A stretch of 42,929 bases of DNA from IMG/VR virus record IMGVR_UViG_3300045988_057118, one strand, 5' to 3'. Source of the DNA: a virus. Position numbers and translations under genes: made by a program. Below the pieces are notes generated by a model. The model was not told where the DNA came from. It was given only the letters and a program-made list of their open reading frames with translations, and made no database searches. Below are positions 33,947 through 42,873 of the stretch, in pieces. Each line of letters opens with the position of its first letter. The first letter of the stretch is position 1.

Positions 33947-35878
33947 ATGAAACTCACAAAATTAGAATTACTAAATTTTAAAGGGCTAAAGTCCTTTGCC
34001 ATAAATCTTAATGGCGATGTTGTAATCCGTGGTGATAATGCCACCGGGAAAACCACTGTGTTCGACTCAGTATGCTGGTTGCTGTTCGGGAAAGATAGCC
34101 TAGATAGAGCTGACTTCGAAATTAAGACATTGGATGGTGGCGAACCTATCCATAAAGTCAATCACGAAGTAACTGGGACCTTTACATTAGATGACGGCGG
34201 GACGATTGAATTACAGCGAGTATATCGTGAAAAGTATTCATCCCCTCGTGGTGGTGAAGTAACTCTCACCGGACATACGACAGACTATTTTGTCGATGGT
34301 GTACCTAAGAAAGAAAAAGAATACAAAGAGATTGTAAATTCTCTGGTTGATGAAAATATCTTCAAATTGATTACAAATCCGTTGTACTTCAATGAGACGT
34401 ATTCATGGCAAAACCGCCGTAAGTTATTACTTGAGATGTGTGGCGATATTTCAGACGAAGATGTTATCGCCAGCCATAATGAATTAAAAGCTTTAACAGA
34501 TATCTTATCTGGTCATAGCGTTGACGATCATCGAAAAGTGGTCGCATCTAAAAAGGCAGCTATTAATAAAGAATTGGATATGTTGCCAGTTCGTATAGAC
34601 GAGGCCTTACGAGGTAAACCTGAAGTTACTGCTAATCCGGAAGTGTTACGACTTAACATCGATACCTTAAATGCAGATATCGAAAAGTTAGAAAACGATA
34701 AGGCGTTATTGCAGAATGGCCACTCTCTCGTTGATAAACGTGCTGAATTAAAAAATGTACAACGTAAGATTATGGCTCGTGAAACAGAACTGCAGATGGA
34801 ATATAAAAAACAATATTCCCTGAAGTCTAATGAATATGATGCTGTTGTAGCTGAAATCAATAGTCTGACAGCTAGACTTGAGGATACAAAACGACGTATA
34901 GATGACTCAGCAGCGTCCATCAATCTTATTCAAGGTCTAATTGGAGAATTAACTATTCAACGAAGTCAGATTAATGCAGAAACATTTGTGGCAGATATTA
35001 ATGATCATTGCCCAACATGTGGGCAAAAACTTCCTGAAGAGCAAATTCAAGATGCTTATGCTAAAGCAGAAGCGAATTATAATCTCAAGAAGTCTAAGCG
35101 ATTAGAAGAGATTGAACGCTCTATCGCCCTAAAGGAACAAGATATTGAAGGTATCAAAAAGCGAGATTCTAATTTAGAGTCTGTGGAAACAATAGAGGCT
35201 CTTATTAAAGCAAAAGAGCTTTTAAAGGAAACCATAGCCGAAGAGATTGGAATGTTAACTGCACCAGTGCTTAATGATGACTCCGAATATGCTGATTTAA
35301 AAGCAGAGGAGCTCATGTTACAACTGGCGATTGATGACGATAACTCTGATTACTCGGAAGAAATTGCCGAACTCGAGATTAAAATATCAGACAACAAAAC
35401 CGAACGTATGAAGTTAGAACAAGAGCTCAATAAGTTTGCTGAAATTAAGCGCATTGAACTCCGTGTGTCAGAACTCGAGGCAAAGCAGGCTGAATTATCC
35501 GAAGAAAAAATGAAACTCGATGAAGCATCATATCTTATGGATGAGTTCGTAAAAGCCAAAGTTAATATGCTCGAAGAAAGTATTAATGCAAGGTTTAAAT
35601 TGGCTCGTTTCAAAATGTTCAACGTCATGTTGAATGGCAATGTTGAAGAATGTTGTGAAACCACCTATAAAGGGGTACCATACCGCAGCATGAACAACGC
35701 AGCACGCATTAATGTAGGGTTAGACATTATCAATGCATTAACTAGCTACTTCAAAGTTAATGCTCCGGTGTTCATAGACAATGCGGAAGCTGTTACTGAC
35801 TTTATACCTGTTAATAGCCAAACAATTAAATTGATCGTTGATGAATCAGAACCACAATTAGTGGTTAAGGAGGGGTAA
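33947..35878 (+). CDS. SMC/SbcC/RecF-like AAA ATPase with long coiled coil
   Basis: Walker A GDNATGKTT at the N-terminus, about 300 aa of coiled coil, and a C-terminal Walker B/D-loop (VFIDNAEAVTD). Confidence 0.7.
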   Translation: MKLTKLELLNFKGLKSFAINLNGDVVIRGDNATGKTTVFDSVCWLLFGKDSLDRADFEIKTLDGGEPIHKVNHEVTGTFTLDDGGTIELQRVYREKYSSPRGGEVTLTGHTTDYFVDGVPKKEKEYKEIVNSLVDENIFKLITNPLYFNETYSWQNRRKLLLEMCGDISDEDVIASHNELKALTDILSGHSVDDHRKVVASKKAAINKELDMLPVRIDEALRGKPEVTANPEVLRLNIDTLNADIEKLENDKALLQNGHSLVDKRAELKNVQRKIMARETELQMEYKKQYSLKSNEYDAVVAEINSLTARLEDTKRRIDDSAASINLIQGLIGELTIQRSQINAETFVADINDHCPTCGQKLPEEQIQDAYAKAEANYNLKKSKRLEEIERSIALKEQDIEGIKKRDSNLESVETIEALIKAKELLKETIAEEIGMLTAPVLNDDSEYADLKAEELMLQLAIDDDNSDYSEEIAELEIKISDNKTERMKLEQELNKFAEIKRIELRVSELEAKQAELSEEKMKLDEASYLMDEFVKAKVNMLEESINARFKLARFKMFNVMLNGNVEECCETTYKGVPYRSMNNAARINVGLDIINALTSYFKVNAPVFIDNAEAVTDFIPVNSQTIKLIVDESEPQLVVKEG

Positions 35879-35880
35879 GT

Positions 35881-36648
35881 ATGACTGACTTACAAATTTT
35901 TAATAATGATAGATTTGGACAAATTCGGATTGTACCGGTAGATGGCGAATTAATGTTTGTCGCTAAAGATGTATGTGATTGTTTAGAAATCACAAAGTAC
36001 CGAGATGCAATCAGCCGACTAGATTCTGATGAAAGGGGGTCGGTTAAACTGGACACCCCTGGAGGAAAACAAGATATTGCTGCTATTAACGAATACGGGC
36101 TATATAACCTCGTGCTTTCAAGTCGAAAACCTGAAGCAAAAGAATTTAAACGTTGGATTACACATGATGTGATTCCTGCTATTAGAAAAACTGGGTCCTA
36201 CTCTATATCAATTCCAAAGTCACTACCTGAAGCTCTTAGAGCATACGCCAATGAGGTGGAATCGCACAATGCAACAAAGGCTATCGTTGCTCAACAAGAG
36301 CAACAGATCGCTGAATTTAAACCAGTTAAGGATTACGTTGATAAAATTCTCTCAAGCAAATCCTGTTTAACCATCACACAAATTGCCGCTGACTACGGCA
36401 TGAGTGCTCAAGAACTAAATAAGATTTTGCATGAAGCTGGTCTACAACGCAAAGTCGGTGATCAATGGATTTTGTACAAGCAGCATATGTCAAAAGGATT
36501 CACTAAATCTGAAACCTTTACATTCTGCAGAAGTGATGGTCGCCTAGACTCTAAAATCACCACTAAATGGACGCAAAAAGGCCGTTTAGAAATTCATAAT
36601 ATTTTATCTAATTTAGATATCCATGCTGTATGTGAAAACGTGGCATAG
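35881..36648 (+). CDS. Antirepressor (Bro-N N-terminal domain plus KilA-C-like C-terminal domain)
   Basis: Bro-N hallmark FNNDRFGQIRIVPVDGELMFVAKDVCDCLEI; 255 aa. Confidence 0.7.
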   Translation: MTDLQIFNNDRFGQIRIVPVDGELMFVAKDVCDCLEITKYRDAISRLDSDERGSVKLDTPGGKQDIAAINEYGLYNLVLSSRKPEAKEFKRWITHDVIPAIRKTGSYSISIPKSLPEALRAYANEVESHNATKAIVAQQEQQIAEFKPVKDYVDKILSSKSCLTITQIAADYGMSAQELNKILHEAGLQRKVGDQWILYKQHMSKGFTKSETFTFCRSDGRLDSKITTKWTQKGRLEIHNILSNLDIHAVCENVA

Positions 36649-36658
36649 GAGGTACATA

Positions 36659-37531
36659 ATGGGTGAAGTAACAAAAGCACAATCTCAAACACCATCGCTT
36701 AAAACTATGGTGTCTAGTGAGTCAGTAAAGAAACGTTTTAATGAAATCTTGGGTAAAAAATCAGCGGCCTTTGTGTCCAGTTTGATTTCTGTATCTAATA
36801 ATAATGAACTTTTATCGAAAGCAGACCCTACTACAGTTATTACTGCAGGTGTGATGGCAGCTACTTTGGATCTTCCAATCAATCAAAACCTGGGGTTTGC
36901 CTATATCGTTCCTTTCTACAACAGTAAAAAGAAAATTAATGAAGCTCAATTTCAAATGGGTTACAAAGGGTATATCCAGTTGGCCATGCGCACAGGTCAA
37001 TATAAGACCATTAATGCTAGTGAAATTTACGAAGGCGAAATTAAACATCATAACAAACTTACTGGCGAGTTCGAATTAGGCGATCGGACTGGTGATAACG
37101 TAGTTGGTTATATTGCTTATTTCAAACTCATTAATGGCTTTGAAAAGTATTTATATATGTCTAAAGAAGATGCTGAAGCACACGCTATAAAGTATTCTCA
37201 AACATATAAAAGGGGATTTGGCCTTTGGAAAACAGACTTTGACGCTATGGCCATCAAAACAGTACTTAAACGTTTGTTAAGTAAATATGGCATTCTATCT
37301 GTTGAAATGCAAAGTATGGCTAATGCAATTTCTGTAGATGGTGCCGTCATTCGTGATAATAATGGCGAGCTCACCCCTGATTTCGAAGGTGAAACTATCG
37401 ATGTTCAATCTGATGTAGCAGAAACCATCGCTAATAATGCAAATTCTGAAGCCATTGACATTGAACCTGGTCCTGCCAGTGAATTCGTTAATCCTGAAAC
37501 TGGTGAAGTAGTCAAAATGTTCGGTGATTAA
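36659..37531 (+). CDS. recT: RecT-family single-strand annealing protein
   Basis: ATG at 36659 after AGGAGGT; RecT-like pattern (AGVMAATLDLPINQNLGFAYIVPF ... GYKGYIQLAMRTGQY). Confidence 0.8.
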   Translation: MGEVTKAQSQTPSLKTMVSSESVKKRFNEILGKKSAAFVSSLISVSNNNELLSKADPTTVITAGVMAATLDLPINQNLGFAYIVPFYNSKKKINEAQFQMGYKGYIQLAMRTGQYKTINASEIYEGEIKHHNKLTGEFELGDRTGDNVVGYIAYFKLINGFEKYLYMSKEDAEAHAIKYSQTYKRGFGLWKTDFDAMAIKTVLKRLLSKYGILSVEMQSMANAISVDGAVIRDNNGELTPDFEGETIDVQSDVAETIANNANSEAIDIEPGPASEFVNPETGEVVKMFGD

Positions 37532-37533
37532 TT

Positions 37534-38256
37534 GTGATTAGTATTCAAGCATTCGGTAGTAGCTCGAAAGGGAACTGCTACCGAATCAAAACCTCAACAA
37601 ATGTCGATGAATTACTGCTTGATGCAGGGTTATCCTTCAAAGAAATTCAACGGTATTGTCGCTTTAACTTTCTACACCTGTGTGGCACGTTGCTCACACA
37701 TCAACACGGAGACCATAGCAAGGCTGTAAATGATCTATTAAAGCTTGGACATCGTGTATATATGTTAAAAGATACTGCAGATGCATTATATGTAGCAGGG
37801 CATCACAAAGCAATCTATATTACGCCTAAGATTCAATTTACGATAGGTAATTTTAGTATTCTACCTTTTGAATTAGAACACGACGTGCCTAATGTTGGAT
37901 TCTTGATTTCAGACGGTGAAGAGAAACTGCTATATATTACCGATACCTATTATTGTAGGTACACATTTAAAGATGTTGATCACATCATGGTTGAATGTAA
38001 CCATTCTTACGAAATCCTAAATCAACAAGTAGAAGCTGGTTATTTAGATGAAAAACGAATGGAACGGTTAATCCAATCTCATTTTTCACTAGAAAATGTA
38101 ATTAAATTTCTCAAATCTATGGACCTAACCAAGTGTCAAGATATACGACTACTACATTTATCTGATAGCAACTCAGATTCAGAAACATTTAAACAAGCTG
38201 TTCAAGCTGCTACTGGTAAATTAGTAATCGTAGAACAAGAAAGGAGCCCATTATGA
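37534..38256 (+). CDS. MBL-fold metallo-hydrolase (candidate nuclease partner of RecT)
   Basis: HQHGDH motif; GTG start; immediately downstream of recT. Confidence 0.6.
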   Translation: MISIQAFGSSSKGNCYRIKTSTNVDELLLDAGLSFKEIQRYCRFNFLHLCGTLLTHQHGDHSKAVNDLLKLGHRVYMLKDTADALYVAGHHKAIYITPKIQFTIGNFSILPFELEHDVPNVGFLISDGEEKLLYITDTYYCRYTFKDVDHIMVECNHSYEILNQQVEAGYLDEKRMERLIQSHFSLENVIKFLKSMDLTKCQDIRLLHLSDSNSDSETFKQAVQAATGKLVIVEQERSPL

Positions 38257-38690
38257 TTATTAAATCAATTCAAATTAAAGATAACGACATCAGTATTGCC
38301 TACCAAAAACCATCTGCCACAGGTCTTACAGATGTATTTACCCTTAAATCTAAAGATGATCCACGTCCTGAACTTCTGCAAGCATTTAGTAAACTGCAGT
38401 CTATTGTGAAGAAGAATTTCGAATTTCTGGAAGAATTTAAAATTCCATTTTTGGTAAACACATTCAAATTTAAGTATGGCGACATTGAAGGTCTTATTAA
38501 CCAGGTTGGTGTTGAAGGTATCGTGTCTGATATGAACACTCCTAACGAATTTAAATTCAAAACAGACTGGTTAAATGTTGAATATGCAGACTCTACATTC
38601 GCTATCTCTGTTCAAGACTTAATTGATGAATGCGTGAAATTTATTATGGGGCGCAGAGCCCAGGATAATTTATTTGTAGATGAGGAATGA
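38253..38690 (+). CDS. Hypothetical protein
   Basis: 145-aa ORF coupled to the upstream gene. Confidence 0.45.
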   Translation: MIIKSIQIKDNDISIAYQKPSATGLTDVFTLKSKDDPRPELLQAFSKLQSIVKKNFEFLEEFKIPFLVNTFKFKYGDIEGLINQVGVEGIVSDMNTPNEFKFKTDWLNVEYADSTFAISVQDLIDECVKFIMGRRAQDNLFVDEE

Positions 38691-38693
38691 TGA

Positions 38694-39665
38694 ATGGCCA
38701 AGGATGTATATTACTTCAGCCACGATGTTAATGCGAGCAATGATCCTAAAATCGTGGCAATGGAGTCAGAGTTTGGGGTTATTTCATATGCCTGGTGGTG
38801 GAAATTAATTGAAAAACTAGCTTCATCTGAGGACTACAGACTGCCTTTTAAAAAATACACATTTATAGCCCTTGATAAAGAACTAGGAATTTTGAACGAA
38901 AATGAACGACCGTTGAACGAAAACAAACGACCGTTGAACGAAAACGAACGACCGTTGAACGAAAACGAACACACTTTCTTTTGTTCAAATAAATCATTTT
39001 TGTTCGTAAACTCGTTAATTTATGATTTTGAATTGCTTGAATGTGATGACGAGTATTTTTGGTCTCCTAGTTTGATTCGCAGACAAGAAGAGCGAAGAAG
39101 TAAATTTGAAAAAAAGCAGGAACAACGTAGGCTCGCAGGCATTAAAAGTGGTGAAGCTCGCAGAAAAAAGGAACAAAATCGAACGACCGTTCAACGAACT
39201 TCAACGGTCGTTGAACAAAACGAACAAAAGGAAAGGAAAGGAAAGGAAAGTATATATTCATATTCATATAATGAGGCGCACGAAAATGAAAAATTAGATA
39301 AGGACATCTTATCTATGTTTGATGATGAATCAAAAAAACATGATCCATATAAAAACGTGTTCAAAATTTATATGAATGATGTAGGTGAAATTTCTTCTGT
39401 GACAAAAGAGAAACTAGAATGTCTTGTTAATGACTTTGGTGAAAATGAAGTCATTAATGCTATTAGTAAATCTAGCGAAATAGGTAAAGCTAGTATCGCA
39501 TACATCACAGCAGTTCTAAATAACAAGATTAGGGAGGAGGCAGCAAAGGACAATGGAACAAGCAAACGTAACAGCAGCGCTAGAGGCGTGTATCGAAAAA
39601 ATTCGAGAAAGGACGAACAAGTCGACTGGAAAGCGGAATATGAAAGAGTCCACGGAAAAAAATGA
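38694..39665 (+). CDS. Replisome organiser (phage_rep_org_N-like N-terminus, DnaD/DnaB_2-like C-terminus) with internal origin iterons
   Basis: N-terminal YYFSHDVNASNDPKIVAMESEFG ... YAWWWKLIE; C-terminal region similar to DnaD-like domains; contains 21-bp tandem repeats. Confidence 0.6.
   Translation: MAKDVYYFSHDVNASNDPKIVAMESEFGVISYAWWWKLIEKLASSEDYRLPFKKYTFIALDKELGILNENERPLNENKRPLNENERPLNENEHTFFCSNKSFLFVNSLIYDFELLECDDEYFWSPSLIRRQEERRSKFEKKQEQRRLAGIKSGEARRKKEQNRTTVQRTSTVVEQNEQKERKGKESIYSYSYNEAHENEKLDKDILSMFDDESKKHDPYKNVFKIYMNDVGEISSVTKEKLECLVNDFGENEVINAISKSSEIGKASIAYITAVLNNKIREEAAKDNGTSKRNSSARGVYRKNSRKDEQVDWKAEYERVHGKK
38892..38971. repeat. Putative origin iterons: 3.5 tandem copies of GAACGACCGTTGAACGAAAAC (21 bp)
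   Basis: Units at 38904-38924, 38925-38945 and 38946-38966 plus a partial copy at 38892-38903; encode NERPLNE repeats inside the replisome organiser gene. Confidence 0.65.
39176..39225. repeat. Inverted pair of iteron-like sequences (gaacgaccgttcaacg / caacggtcgttgaac)
   Basis: Inverted repeat related to the 21-bp iteron, about 210 bp downstream of the tandem block. Confidence 0.55.
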
Positions 39666-40287
39666 GTTCTTTTACCCGGTCTACGATGAACCATTAGTCA
39701 TTCAAACTAATTTTAACACCACCTATGCTGCAGTTGGGATCCCTAAGCGTTATTATCATATGGATTTTGATTGGTTACGTAAACACGGTAGCTTTTCAAA
39801 AGAGAATGCTGAAGCTTACGACGTAGTTAAAAAGTACTCTGATAATCTGAAAGCTAATCTTGATCATGGTAAGGGCCTCATATTAAGGGGCCCAGCTGGT
39901 ACCGGCAAGACATCGATTGCGGTGAGCATCCTAAAACAGGCTATGGCGTTAGGTGAAGGGTGTCTAATGATTTCAATGCCTAATTTATTGGATAATATGC
40001 TTACGTTATCTAAGGGCGATAATGTAGCCTATCTAAGATATGAACAGAAACTTAGAAGTATCCCATTGCTATTACTTGATGATTTTGGTGCGGAGTATTC
40101 GAAGTCTGATTGGGTATCATCTAAGGTTGAAAGTATCATTATTGATCGATACAACAGGATGAAGCCTATAATTCTTACAACGAATTATAGTGATACCTGG
40201 ACTGAAGAGAATTATAGCCAAAGAATATATGACCGCCTACGTGGTGAATATGCAGTGGCTATATTCAATGGAGAGTCACACAGGTGA
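39553..40287 (+). CDS. DnaC/IstB-like helicase loader ATPase
   Basis: Walker A LRGPAGTGKTS and Walker B LLLLDDFG. Start uncertain (39553 after AGGGAGGAGG, or internal ATG 39640). Confidence 0.75.
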   Translation: MEQANVTAALEACIEKIRERTNKSTGKRNMKESTEKNEFFYPVYDEPLVIQTNFNTTYAAVGIPKRYYHMDFDWLRKHGSFSKENAEAYDVVKKYSDNLKANLDHGKGLILRGPAGTGKTSIAVSILKQAMALGEGCLMISMPNLLDNMLTLSKGDNVAYLRYEQKLRSIPLLLLDDFGAEYSKSDWVSSKVESIIIDRYNRMKPIILTTNYSDTWTEENYSQRIYDRLRGEYAVAIFNGESHR

Positions 40288-40682
40288 AAATTATATTGAA
40301 ATGCCAGTTTAGATTTCGGAAGAAAACCCATGATAGGTTTCCAACATTGAATGAGTATATCGACTGCGAACGTGGCTCGACTATAGCTGCAGCTGCTATG
40401 AAGAAGAAATGCACTGAGCAGGTTAAAGAACAATGCTTATCACAGCAGATACAACCAGTTAATGGGAAGGTAGACCTACTGTTTGAATGGCACTCTTCAA
40501 CCAGGCATGACCCTGACAATGTAGCATTTGCTAAAAAGTTCATTCTTGATGGACTGCAGTTAGCTGGTGTACTAGAAAACGATAACAGAAAATTCATCGG
40601 TACTATGGCCGATGAGATTATTCAGGATGATGAAGACTATGTAATCTTACACATTACTAAGAATATGGGGATATTCTTGTGA
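40284..40682 (+). CDS. RusA-like Holliday junction resolvase
   Basis: 132 aa; GTG start overlapping the upstream stop; RusA-like block HDPDNVAFAKKFILDGLQLAGVLENDN with catalytic Asp pattern. Confidence 0.5.
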   Translation: MKIILKCQFRFRKKTHDRFPTLNEYIDCERGSTIAAAAMKKKCTEQVKEQCLSQQIQPVNGKVDLLFEWHSSTRHDPDNVAFAKKFILDGLQLAGVLENDNRKFIGTMADEIIQDDEDYVILHITKNMGIFL

Positions 40683-40706
40683 TTACAAAATTAGTGGAGG
40701 TATAAA

Positions 40707-40898
40707 ATGACTGTTAAAGAATTAGAAGAAGCCTTGAGCAGAGTAGAAAACAAAGACATTGAAGTTATAATCTATGACGAAATGTTTGGCGGGACTGAAA
40801 TTGAAGGCGTTGTGCATAATCTAGATGAACCAAAACTCAATTTCAAAGAACGTGTAGAACTATTGATTGGATGTGAGATTGATGCTAGTCGAAGATAA
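40707..40898 (+). CDS. Hypothetical protein
   Basis: 63-aa ORF, RBS GGAGGT. Confidence 0.4.
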   Translation: MTVKELEEALSRVENKDIEVIIYDEMFGGTEIEGVVHNLDEPKLNFKERVELLIGCEIDASRR

Positions 40899-41310
40899 GG
40901 ATAAATGGTGTTGGGTCGATGACTACGGAAATGCAGGTGAGCCACAAGATACAATACAAGAGGCTATCGATGATCTTATGGAGTGTGAACCTGATTTAAA
41001 AGAGACATGGCTCACAGATGAATATGAACGAGTTGTGAGAATAGGGCATCCAAATTATTACACTCCACAAGTTGATGCAGAACGAGTGATTGAAGACGTT
41101 ATCAATTATGATATTGATGATGAAATAGCTGAATGGGCTTGTGATTATTTATCAAATGTTAAGACTGAACATCTTGATGAGCTGAGCACAGCATTAACAA
41201 AGGCATTCCGTGGATGGGAAAAGAAATATGGCTATGAAAATAAAGGTCATGTGGTTTTAGAAACAAAATCGTATCCTGTTGATAGCAAAGGCAGACTTAT
41301 TGTATTGTAA
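40867..41310 (+). CDS. Hypothetical acidic protein
   Basis: 147-aa ORF; start ambiguous (40867 or 40882). Confidence 0.4.
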   Translation: MDVRLMLVEDKDKWCWVDDYGNAGEPQDTIQEAIDDLMECEPDLKETWLTDEYERVVRIGHPNYYTPQVDAERVIEDVINYDIDDEIAEWACDYLSNVKTEHLDELSTALTKAFRGWEKKYGYENKGHVVLETKSYPVDSKGRLIVL

Positions 41311-41397
41311 ATACTGATTACATTTAATTATTTCTTATGATGCTGGTAAACAAATTCGGACTAAAACAAAAAAATAATTGTAAAGGGGGCAACATAT

Positions 41398-41928
41398 TTG
41401 AATGAATATGATATTGAGAAAATCACAAGGTTGGCCACAGAAGTGGCAACCAAAACTTACTATGAATTAGCTAAGCAAGAAAATGCTCAACTCGGTCGTA
41501 AACTTCGACACAACACGATCAAGTTATTAAAGCATTACAGTCAGCTGCAGTCCTATGTAGACAATGCTATCTCGGATTCGACACAAGCCGAGGATATTTG
41601 GCTCAATGAACTGCTAGTTGATATGTTCGATGACAATAGCATAGTAAGGGTAAATGCCATTGTTAAAAGTAAAGAAAAAACCGCACTAATGATGCGACAT
41701 GTGAATAATATGCTAGATATCTATGCTGAAAAGTGCAGCGAGAAACAGTTTAAATACTGTGAATGTGTGCGACGTTATTATATCAATGGCGAAACATTAG
41801 AAGAAATTGCTGAATCATTCCCTGAAAAACCCGATGTGCGTACTATTCATAGGTACGTTGCAAGGGGAATAGAAGAACTATCTGTACTTCTATGGGGAGT
41901 GATAGGGCTCAATACAAAATTGTCATAA
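41398..41928 (+). CDS. ArpU/RinA-like late-gene transcriptional activator
   Basis: 176 aa; C-terminal sigma region-4-like HTH (VRTIHRYVARGIEELSVLLWG); TTG start after AAGGGGG; last regulatory gene before the packaging module. Confidence 0.5.
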   Translation: MNEYDIEKITRLATEVATKTYYELAKQENAQLGRKLRHNTIKLLKHYSQLQSYVDNAISDSTQAEDIWLNELLVDMFDDNSIVRVNAIVKSKEKTALMMRHVNNMLDIYAEKCSEKQFKYCECVRRYYINGETLEEIAESFPEKPDVRTIHRYVARGIEELSVLLWGVIGLNTKLS

Positions 41929-42035
41929 AACTGTCATGGACATGTCATTCTTGACAATTTATAATGATAGTGTGAGTTAATAGGGAAACAAATTAATCTC
42001 TCTCGACAAAGTGAATACCTAGAACACAAAAGCGA

Positions 42036-42066
42036 AAAAGCCCTTGCTTCGGCAAGGGCTTTTTGC
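42036..42066. terminator. Bidirectional intrinsic terminator
   Basis: aaaaagcccttgc ttcg gcaagggcttttt: perfect 8-bp stem with an A-tract on one side and a T-tract on the other. Confidence 0.75.
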
Positions 42067-42133
42067 TATAGGGCAGCTAATCCTATAAGGTAGTGCGATC
42101 GCAACAGGATGCAAGTTAATGGCAAGTTATATA

Positions 42134-42265
42134 CTAAACGTAAATAACAAACGCGCGTTTACCGTAGTCACGAGCATAACGGCGTTTACCAGTCTTAGGG
42201 TCTGTTACGTATGCAACAAATTTCTTTGTGCCACGTTTAGACCCGCTTTGAGATGTTTTCGACAT
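42134..42265 (-). CDS. Small very basic protein (43 aa) in its own minus-strand cassette
   Basis: MSKTSQSGSKRGTKKFVAYVTDPKTGKRRYARDYGKRAFVIYV; minus-strand promoter with perfect TATAAT (complement of 42326-42331); flanked by terminators on both sides. Confidence 0.45.
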   Translation of the reverse strand: MSKTSQSGSKRGTKKFVAYVTDPKTGKRRYARDYGKRAFVIYV

Positions 42266-42306
42266 ATTAGCGTTTCCTTTCATAAATTTCTCTGAAGAGA
42301 TTTATG

Positions 42307-42318
42307 GCGGGCCCGCAC
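42307..42318. promoter_or_regulatory. Perfect GC palindrome GCGGGCCCGC between the -10 and RBS of the small basic gene
   Basis: Self-complementary 10-mer in an otherwise AT-rich leader. Confidence 0.3.
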
Positions 42319-42373
42319 TATTTATATTATAACCATTATTTATTGATTAAACCAGTATTGAGATGTAAATGAA

Positions 42374-42400
42374 AAAGACCCCGGACTCCGGGGTCTTTTT
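42374..42400. terminator. Bidirectional intrinsic terminator
   Basis: aaaaagaccccgg act ccggggtcttttt: 8-bp GC stem with flanking A- and T-tracts. Confidence 0.75.
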
Positions 42401-42585
42401 CATAGACGGAACAAGTAAACTTGTTTGAAATAAAATGAGTTGTAGCTAATAACTCAAAGCATCCTTTATACGTCTAAACATCTCACTAACATAATATCAC
42501 TAAAATATAAAAAATCAATCGTAGGATTGCAGATAATTTATATTTAATTTATAAATGGAAAAATAGAACGAATATTCCATACAAG

Positions 42586-42608
42586 ATATTGTTTTTATAA
42601 AACAATAT
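42586..42608. promoter_or_regulatory. Palindrome ATATTGTTTT-tat-AAAACAATAT upstream of the late/packaging operon
   Basis: 10-bp perfect inverted arms with a 3-bp spacer in an AT-rich intergenic region, about 80 bp upstream of the 42685 ORF; candidate binding site for the late activator. Confidence 0.35.
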
Positions 42609-42684
42609 AACAATATATAGTATGTTATCAATGATAAAAACGTATATAGTTATGCAAAAGAAGAATGGAACGAGGTGAATACGA

Positions 42685-42873
42685 TTGACTGATGTGTATT
42701 GTGAAAAGAGAAGATGCTTAAACAATGTTAAAGGTTGGTGCAAAGCGAACGGCATTCATATTGATCATATGTGTAAATCATATGCGCCATCACATTCTTT
42801 AGTAAAAATAAAAACTGCAAAGGTACATAAGGAATGCGGTAAATATAAGCAGAATAAGAGTGTATTAAAGTAG
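42685..42873 (+). CDS. Small Cys/His-rich protein (62 aa), first ORF of the late region; its 3' end lies in the terminal repeat
   Basis: CEKRRC ... HIDHMC ... HKEC pattern; its C-terminal coding sequence is the sequence repeated at window positions 1-62. Confidence 0.4.
   Translation: MTDVYCEKRRCLNNVKGWCKANGIHIDHMCKSYAPSHSLVKIKTAKVHKECGKYKQNKSVLK

Noticed and set aside
38892-38971. Possible CRISPR array (tandem 21-bp repeats)
   Set aside because: The repeats are contiguous with no spacers and number only 3.5 units. They lie inside a coding sequence and encode an in-frame peptide repeat, and there are no cas genes. Interpreted as origin iterons.
41929-42035. Sigma-70 promoter (TTGACA at 41952-41957) downstream of the ArpU-like gene
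   Set aside because: The TTGACA box has no -10 element at an acceptable spacing; the nearest TATAAT-like sequence is only 3-4 bp away. Left unannotated.
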